Of a stretch of 42,350 nucleotides of DNA, positions 36,818 through 42,350 are shown one piece after another. Source of the DNA: Pseudomonadota bacterium (GTDB lineage Bacteria; Pseudomonadota; Alphaproteobacteria; Rickettsiales; Rickettsiaceae); contig JAZKAD010000018.1 in NCBI GenBank assembly GCA_040389305.1, positions 12,920-55,269 of the forward strand. The letters run 5' to 3'. Both the position numbers and the translations under genes were made by a program. Position 1 is the first letter of the stretch, and each line of letters opens with the position of its first letter. The notes below the pieces were generated by a model, which saw nothing but the letters and a program-made list of their open reading frames with translations, was not told where the DNA came from and did no database searches.

Positions 36818-37270
36818 ATGCAGTCCTATAGAGAGAAAACTCCTCAGATAATAAGCGTTTTATACAGAAAGCTTAAGCCAGGAAAAACTTTTGAAGATTT
36901 TCAGGAGGCTCATTTGCCACCTGGCAAGCCTCATAAAACTGAGTTTGGATACGACGTAGAATACTTTAATGCCCCTACTAGAGTTATTAACGCAGTCTCT
37001 TTAACCGATCCAAATATGGTTATCTCAATAGGCCTTACATACGGAGATTTTGACGAGGTAATGCAGGAAGTAGCATCCAAAAAGCTCTTGGAAGCAGAAA
37101 GGCATGAAAAAATATCTCAAGTTGCCGATAAAGTTAGTATGGAGGTATATCTCACTGGCGCAGATAACAACTATGGTAAGCGCGATGCGAAGTATGCTCA
37201 GCTACCTCTCGACAAAGTCACGCCAGAACTAATAGAAAAGCTTCATAGCTTATTGTCTAAAACAAAATAA
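36818..37270 (+). CDS. Hypothetical protein (150 aa), no family recognised
   Basis: This is an isolated ORF with an AT-rich upstream spacer. It has no opposing gene and no recognisable motif. Confidence 0.4.
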   Translation: MQSYREKTPQIISVLYRKLKPGKTFEDFQEAHLPPGKPHKTEFGYDVEYFNAPTRVINAVSLTDPNMVISIGLTYGDFDEVMQEVASKKLLEAERHEKISQVADKVSMEVYLTGADNNYGKRDAKYAQLPLDKVTPELIEKLHSLLSKTK

Positions 37271-37406
37271 TCTTTTGGAGACTTGGATATTCATTTCGCG
37301 TTATTTCCTTAGAAGTCAAAATACACACATGTTGCGCTAGGACTTGATTGGAAGAATCTAAGTGCCTGAGATTGAATTTATACAAATGGATGGGCAGACT
37401 CCCAAC

Positions 37407-38426
37407 CTACCTTCCTCTGTCATTTTTAGATTGAGCTGCGGGGGTGGGCCGAGTCCCGCGGTTTATGTCTGCTGGCTTTAAAATGTCTGATGGCTTTAAA
37501 AAAGAACCAATTATTGCAGCTATATCCTTGGATATAAGTATATCACTCTCTGCCGTACTACGATGCATATGGTCGTTTCTAGCTATCCCTGTAGCCTCTA
37601 AGAAGCTAGCATCTCTATCGAGGACTGTAAGACGCAATTTATCAGTTAGCGCCGCTCTATTTGCATCTGCATTATCCCCAAAACGGTTTTTTAATTGTGA
37701 TGCATACTGTGGATTTTCTGAAGCCTTATGTAGCATATAACTAACCAAAGCTTCTTGATATTGCTTAGCATTAAGATAATCTTTGCTTGTTAATTTTGTG
37801 CCTGCTAAAGGGTTTTCTTCATCTGATATTGGTGTATTCACTACACTTAAACTCAACGCTTCCATTCGTTCGCGGTTTTGGGAGATTCTGTCTTCTAATA
37901 ATCGTTCTTGATCTAGTCCTATAATGTTATTAGATACATATAAGCGCTCTAGAGTTTTGTTTTTGGCTAAAGCCTTCGCGCCTTCAGCTCCTATGTTATT
38001 ACTAGATACATCTAAGCGCCTTAGAGTTTGGATTGTGGCTAAAGCCTTCGCACCCTCAACTCCTATATTTTGATTAGATACATCTAGAGATGTAATATGT
38101 GGATTAGATTGAAGTGCTTTTGCTATAAGAACTATATCTTCTGATACAAATTCAAGTGAATATCCTCCTACTTCAAGTGAATATTCTCCTACTTTTAGAT
38201 GCGTAAGATTTTCATCTCTTTCGTAAATTCGATCTAATATAGCTTGTACACGTGGTTTATCGGATACCACTCGTTCGGTTGCGGGCATCATTCCCTCATT
38301 TCTTAATGCTTCTTGGCTGAGTATAACTCTATCTTCTGGTTCTATAGAAGGGATGTTTGTCACCCTATCGCTATTTAAACGATCGCTAGTGACATTATTA
38401 TTAACAGCATTAATTCTGGGTAGCAT
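37407..38426 (-). CDS. Leucine-rich repeat protein, ribonuclease-inhibitor-like 24-aa repeats (candidate effector)
   Basis: Consecutive repeats are LDVSNQNIGVEGAKALATIQTLRR, LDVSSNNIGAEGAKALAKNKTLER and LYVSNNIIG... The LxxLxVSxNxIGxEGAxxLA pattern fits the RI-like LRR type. The flanking regions could not be assigned. Confidence 0.75.
   Translation of the reverse strand: MLPRINAVNNNVTSDRLNSDRVTNIPSIEPEDRVILSQEALRNEGMMPATERVVSDKPRVQAILDRIYERDENLTHLKVGEYSLEVGGYSLEFVSEDIVLIAKALQSNPHITSLDVSNQNIGVEGAKALATIQTLRRLDVSSNNIGAEGAKALAKNKTLERLYVSNNIIGLDQERLLEDRISQNRERMEALSLSVVNTPISDEENPLAGTKLTSKDYLNAKQYQEALVSYMLHKASENPQYASQLKNRFGDNADANRAALTDKLRLTVLDRDASFLEATGIARNDHMHRSTAESDILISKDIAAIIGSFLKPSDILKPADINRGTRPTPAAQSKNDRGR
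37872..38087 (-). repeat. Three tandem 72-bp coding repeats (LRR units)
   Basis: The units are 38087-38016, 38015-37944 and 37943-37872. A hand alignment of the first two gives 59/72 identical positions. The third is more diverged. Confidence 0.7.
38151..38192 (-). repeat. In-frame 21-bp tandem duplication inside the LRR gene
   Basis: The plus-strand sequence ttcaagtgaatatcctcctac (38151-38171) is followed by ttcaagtgaatattctcctac (38172-38192). There is one mismatch. The translated product is VGEYSLEVGGYSLE. Confidence 0.85.
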
Positions 38427-38480
38427 AATACTGGAGGCTCCATTTTTTCTTTGTTATCCTACGCATAGGCAAAACATAGG

Positions 38481-38523
38481 TAAAGGCTTCTTTTATAACT
38501 AAAGGCTTCTTTTATAACTAAAG
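38481..38523. repeat. Perfect 19-bp tandem repeat (2.3 copies) in the sufU/LRR spacer
   Basis: taaaggcttcttttataac occurs at 38481-38499 and again at 38500-38518, followed by taaag. Confidence 0.85.
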
Positions 38524-38553
38524 TCTGAGGGCGCCAAGTGCTTACCGTTATAT

Positions 38554-38994
38554 TTAAGAATGATTTTTAAAAACAGCGCTTTTCATAGCGTGCCATGCAA
38601 GACTTGCGCATTTGACGCGCATAGGGAACATACGAACTCCAGAAAGTACAGCGATTTTACCAAGATCATCCAGCTCGGCCCCTGGCATAGATTCATCAGT
38701 AAGCATATTATGTACTGATTGAAATACTTTAAGAGATTCCTCTATATTTTTACCAAGTAACTCTGAGGTCATAATGGATGCAGAAGCCTTGGAAATAGCG
38801 CAGCCCTCTCCTTCAAAAGAAATATCTTCAATGATATCATCTTTAATCTTTAAATAAACGATATAACGATCCCCACACATAGGATTATACCCTTCCGCAA
38901 AGACAGTAGCACCTTCCATTTTGCGAAAATTACATGGATGATTGTTATGATCTATGATGACTTCTTGGTATAGGTTCTGCAATTCTTGGTTCAT
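38554..38994 (-). CDS. sufU: SUF-system NifU/IscU-like Fe-S scaffold (SufU type)
   Basis: YNPMCGDRY, GEGCAISKASASIM and RVKCASLAWHA supply the three conserved Cys ligands. The gene is directly downstream of sufS. Confidence 0.85.
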   Translation of the reverse strand: MNQELQNLYQEVIIDHNNHPCNFRKMEGATVFAEGYNPMCGDRYIVYLKIKDDIIEDISFEGEGCAISKASASIMTSELLGKNIEESLKVFQSVHNMLTDESMPGAELDDLGKIAVLSGVRMFPMRVKCASLAWHAMKSAVFKNHS

Positions 38995-39061
38995 AGTAAT
39001 TCCTTAAGGTATCGTCACTTACCGCTGCTTCGTGTTCTTCCTAGCTACTAGACTTCCGGGC

Positions 39062-40273
39062 TTACCCAAATATCTTCTTCACTTCCATCAAAGCTTTAAC
39101 CAAAGCGTCCACTTCATCCGTTGTATTATAACACCCAAATGATGCTCTTGCAGTAGAAACCAGCCTTAGCTTAGTATGAAGTGGCGCGGCGCAGTGATGA
39201 CCTGCGCGCAAGGCAATACCTCCTGCATCCAATATAGTACCGATATCATGCGCATGTATGCTATCCAGCGTAAAAGCTATAACTCCTAGCTTATTTGCTG
39301 CCGTTCCTATGATATTTAAGCCTTCAATCTCAGAGAGGGCATTGGTTGCGTAATCTAACACTTCTTGCTCATGAGCTACAAGACCGTCGTTATACATACC
39401 CTTCAAAAAATCTATCGCGCTTCCAAGACCTATTGCCCCCGCAATATCTGGAGTCCCTGCCTCAAATTTTCCAGGAAGCTCGGCGTAAGTTGCCTTCTCT
39501 AGACTAACGGAGTTTATCATTCCACCTCCTGTTTGATACGGAGGCATTGACTCCAGTAACTCGCTTTTTCCGTAAAGTACACCAATACCCGTTGGTCCAT
39601 AAGCTTTATGCCCGGAGAAGCTATAAAAATCACAACCAAGATCCTCTACATCCACTTCAATATGAGCCACTGCCTGAGCCCCGTCTACAAGAACTTTAGC
39701 CCCATACTTATGAGCTATTTCGGTTATGCGCTTTATATCATTCAGTGTACCTAGAACGTTTGAAACATGGGTAAGGGCTACGATTTTCGTTTTTGAATTG
39801 ATAAGACCTTCTGCTAAAACAAGCTCACCTTTGTCATTTATAGGAATCACCCTGAGTATCGCAGCTTTTTCTTCGCATAAAACTTGCCATGGAACAATAT
39901 TGGAATGATGCTCCATTTCTGTAATAAGGATTTCATCTCCTTCATTTATATTTGCCCTACCGTAACTTGCTGCCACGAGATTGATGGCCTCCGTAGTACC
40001 ACGAACGAAAATAATTTCATGAGAATGATTTGCATTGATAAATTTTTGGCATTTTATCCTAGCCTCGTCATAGAGATCGGTCGCTAGACCCGAAAGATAA
40101 TGCACCCCTCTATGTACGTTAGAATTTTGTACGGAGTAAAAATATGAAACGGTATCTATGACTGGCTGAGGTTTTAATGTAGTAGCTGCGCTGTCGAGGT
40201 AAACCAGGGGCTTACCTCGAATGGAGCTTTTAAGAGAGGGAAAGTGATTTCTTATATGTTTCATATAGCTCAT
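39062..40273 (-). CDS. sufS: Cysteine desulfurase SufS (class V aminotransferase, group II)
   Basis: The motifs VYLDSAATT, SFSGHKAYGPTGIGVLYG (PLP lysine) and RAGHHCAAPL (catalytic Cys loop) are present. Confidence 0.9.
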   Translation of the reverse strand: MSYMKHIRNHFPSLKSSIRGKPLVYLDSAATTLKPQPVIDTVSYFYSVQNSNVHRGVHYLSGLATDLYDEARIKCQKFINANHSHEIIFVRGTTEAINLVAASYGRANINEGDEILITEMEHHSNIVPWQVLCEEKAAILRVIPINDKGELVLAEGLINSKTKIVALTHVSNVLGTLNDIKRITEIAHKYGAKVLVDGAQAVAHIEVDVEDLGCDFYSFSGHKAYGPTGIGVLYGKSELLESMPPYQTGGGMINSVSLEKATYAELPGKFEAGTPDIAGAIGLGSAIDFLKGMYNDGLVAHEQEVLDYATNALSEIEGLNIIGTAANKLGVIAFTLDSIHAHDIGTILDAGGIALRAGHHCAAPLHTKLRLVSTARASFGCYNTTDEVDALVKALMEVKKIFG

Positions 40274-40325
40274 AAAGTAGTGTTATCCCGCGAACTAAGG
40301 ATAGCACGCAAAATAACACCCCTTT

Positions 40326-41645
40326 CTATATCGCTTTATCTTTGATGAGTACTACACCTATCGCGATAAATGGACTCAATGTAGTGCGAGCTACGTTTAT
40401 TAACTCGGAGTCCTTAGTATCAATCTTTAAGTCCTTACGCACAGCATCAAATATCTCTTTAAAGCTCTTAGGTTTGCCAATCATATTCTTAAAAATAGAT
40501 TTTGTATAAATGTCCACAGGTACAGTAACGGCTATATTTTTGAGCCATGAATTATTAATGGTAGTCGTAACGCTTTGATTTCCAGGATTATTTTCTAAGA
40601 AGTCAGAAATTTGCTCAGGCAGGCCAGCAATTGTATAGAAATAAGGGATATTATTCATATCCTCAAAGCTTGCTATCGTATTTTTTTTGTTCTTTGTAAG
40701 GTACACAGAATGCTTAATTACAGTACCACAAATAAGTTCACATATAGCTTGCTGCTTTACAAGGCTCATCTTTTTAATTTTTTGTAGCAAAGAGAAATCT
40801 TTGATGTAATTCTCTATTCTAAGCGCTAATCTTTCCGTAAGGTCAAAAAATTCTACAAAATTTAAACCAGCGTCTGTAATGAATTCATGAAGCTCAGGAA
40901 TAGAGTAACTTCTGTCTTGTTTATGCAAGAATAGATCATACAGACCAATATCACCGAAAGTGATATGATCAGCAAGTAGTTCTCTTCCGCGCATATACCA
41001 ATTTGTGTCAGGAAGTGAGTTCATGACAGCTTTACCATTCATGACTTCTTCTACCCTATGATTCACACCTTCATTCACCATTTTCATGATATCTTGAACT
41101 TGGTAAACTCCAGTCCGGCCGTATTTGCCATAAACCATGACGCACATACCGCCGTCATCTTTCAAAGCTTCTTGCAATATCTTAAGTCCTGCTGCTGGTG
41201 ATTCCAAGTGATGTAACACGCCAGAGCAGTTGATATAATCAAATTTTCCAAGATTAAGCTTTGGAATATTCAATATACTGTCATTAATCCAGGTAATATT
41301 CTTAATACCACGAATTTCCGCGCGTTGCTTCGCTATTTCCATACTGTTGCGGCTGAAATCTAAATATACTATTTCGGCGTCTGTATCTTTAAGCTGCTCT
41401 CCCATGTAAGTCGAAGAATCTCCGGTGCCGCCACCAGCTACTAAAACGCGGAAGCCCTTTTTAAAATTCTTTTTACCATTATAAAGCCAGTGATTAAGCT
41501 CGCCCAAATACTCTCCCATTAAAGAAAGTAATCTTCTTTTTTCGTCTTCTGGATCTCTGAATGGATATGGGTAATCCATATAATGCTCTTGAACCTCCTG
41601 AAGTCCTTCTGTTTTATCCGCTAGTTCTTTAGTTTTAGTTGCCAT
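40326..41645 (-). CDS. Class I SAM-dependent methyltransferase with extra C-terminal domain
   Basis: The N-terminal YPYPFRDPEDEKRRL is followed by the SAM-binding motif RVLVAGGGTGDS and INCSGVLHHL. The C-terminal domain of about 230 aa is unassigned. Confidence 0.7.
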   Translation of the reverse strand: MATKTKELADKTEGLQEVQEHYMDYPYPFRDPEDEKRRLLSLMGEYLGELNHWLYNGKKNFKKGFRVLVAGGGTGDSSTYMGEQLKDTDAEIVYLDFSRNSMEIAKQRAEIRGIKNITWINDSILNIPKLNLGKFDYINCSGVLHHLESPAAGLKILQEALKDDGGMCVMVYGKYGRTGVYQVQDIMKMVNEGVNHRVEEVMNGKAVMNSLPDTNWYMRGRELLADHITFGDIGLYDLFLHKQDRSYSIPELHEFITDAGLNFVEFFDLTERLALRIENYIKDFSLLQKIKKMSLVKQQAICELICGTVIKHSVYLTKNKKNTIASFEDMNNIPYFYTIAGLPEQISDFLENNPGNQSVTTTINNSWLKNIAVTVPVDIYTKSIFKNMIGKPKSFKEIFDAVRKDLKIDTKDSELINVARTTLSPFIAIGVVLIKDKAI

Positions 41646-41835
41646 AATTTATCCTTCTATATTTTGCAGTTATTCTTGACTCTCGCTTTATCATTAGTTT
41701 ACTTACGAGGTTTTTAACATAAAGCAGCATAAAGGGTTTTTATTTGGGCTCAAGATTAAAAGCATTCAGTGTATAAGTTTTTTGAGGGTTTGACCAAAGA
41801 GGTGATTTTACAACTCATTTATCCGATTCTTACTA

Positions 41836-41857
41836 TAATAATCACATAATAATCACA
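41836..41857. repeat. 11-bp tandem repeat (taataatcaca, two copies) upstream of htpG
   Basis: Read directly. It lies about 100 nt upstream of the htpG ATG in the divergent spacer. Confidence 0.7.
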
Positions 41858-41954
41858 CATTCATGCTCCACCCCATTCTTGACTTTTTATCCAATTGGGT
41901 GTACTAAATCTCATTAATTTCAGAAAATAATTCAATAATCATACGAGGATTCCT

Positions 41955-42350
41955 ATGTCACTTGAGACCAAAAAGTTCGACGCCGAAGTTGGCAAGATTC
42001 TCCATTTAATGATTCACTCCTTATATACAAACAAAGAAATTTTCGTACGAGAGCTTATTTCTAATGCCTCAGACGCATGCGATAAACTTCGTTACTTATC
42101 TCAACAAGACAGTAGCCTGGTCGCGGATGACCCTGATCTTAAAATTATCTTTAGTATAGACAAGGAAAAAAGAGAGTTAACTATCCATGATAATGGCATA
42201 GGGATGAATAGGCAAGATCTCGTGGAAAATCTTGGTACTATAGCTCGGTCGGGCACTCAGCAATTTTTAGAGCAGATCTCTGGGGATGCTAAGCGCGATA
42301 CTTCTCTTATTGGACAATTTGGTGTTGGGTTTTATTCTTCATATATGGTA
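41955..42350 (+). CDS. htpG: Molecular chaperone HtpG (Hsp90), 5' part; continues beyond the window
   Basis: The ATG at 41955 follows a GAGGA RBS. The translation [47 protein letters not shown] is the invariant Hsp90 N-terminal ATPase sequence. The frame is open to the window end. Confidence 0.9.
   Translation, partial: MSLETKKFDAEVGKILHLMIHSLYTNKEIFVRELISNASDACDKLRYLSQQDSSLVADDPDLKIIFSIDKEKRELTIHDNGIGMNRQDLVENLGTIARSGTQQFLEQISGDAKRDTSLIGQFGVGFYSSYMV

Noticed and set aside
38481-38523. I considered the short tandem repeats (also 1026-1055 and 41836-41857) as CRISPR-like arrays.
   Set aside because: There are only two adjacent copies with no spacers, the units are 11-19 bp, and there are no cas genes. 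They are simple tandem duplications.
40326-41645. I considered the methyltransferase as a homologue of rickettsial outer-membrane-protein lysine methyltransferases (PKMT1/2).
   Set aside because: I cannot recall diagnostic motifs for that family well enough. The protein is shorter than those enzymes as I remember them, and nothing in the sequence itself supports the link.
41789-41839. I considered a TTGACC (41789-41794) plus TATAAT (41834-41839) pair as the htpG promoter.
   Set aside because: The spacer is about 39 nt, which is incompatible with a sigma70 promoter. No sigma32-type CTTG-N17-CYTAT match was found either.

Overview
This is an AT-rich, very gene-dense chromosomal segment with about 40 protein genes. 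Many spacers are short and several genes overlap. I found no rRNA, tRNA, CRISPR array, IS element or prophage. Gene content suggests an alphaproteobacterium with an intracellular-symbiont lifestyle, Rickettsiales- or Holosporales-like; this is inference, not proof. The pointers are a split pntA (pntAB), ccmC, an ELM1-family gene, a giant VirB6/TrbL-like protein, a sigma54-type promoter in front of the hook gene, a eukaryote-like LRR protein, a class-3 lipase candidate and a yefM-yoeB module. Housekeeping genes recognised from the translations are secF, a purC-like gene, ratA/COQ10-like, rlmE, nusB, rseP, bamA, pntAB, recF, a GST, glyQ, ccmC, pgeF, a short glutamine-synthetase-like gene, an ELM1-like gene, rodA, kpsF/kdsD, an RNase D-like exonuclease, ftsB, cdsA, a xerC-like gene, serS, tatC, xthA, sufU, sufS, a SAM methyltransferase and the 5' part of htpG. 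Two separate flagellar loci sit among them. One is a lone, about 1000-aa flgE (10.9-13.9 kb, + strand). The other is a tight minus-strand string of flgI, a rod-binding FlgJ-like gene, a FlgN-like gene, a 945-aa flgK and flgL, followed directly by rodA (22.2-29.2 kb). The most unusual items are listed here.
1. An orphan 1161-aa VirB6/TrbL-like lipoprotein lies between bamA and flgE.
2. FlgE is greatly enlarged and its insertion is built from repeated modules of about 100 aa.
3. FlgK is also enlarged.
4. An LRR protein with 72-bp coding repeats and a Lipase_3 protein with a disordered N-terminus are candidate secreted effectors.
5. The exonuclease's catalytic motif lies upstream of its first ATG.
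6. A truncated GS-like gene overlaps pgeF head to head.
7. Several small perfect tandem duplications occur in spacers.
All calls rest on reading the supplied translations and the DNA by eye. No searches were run.
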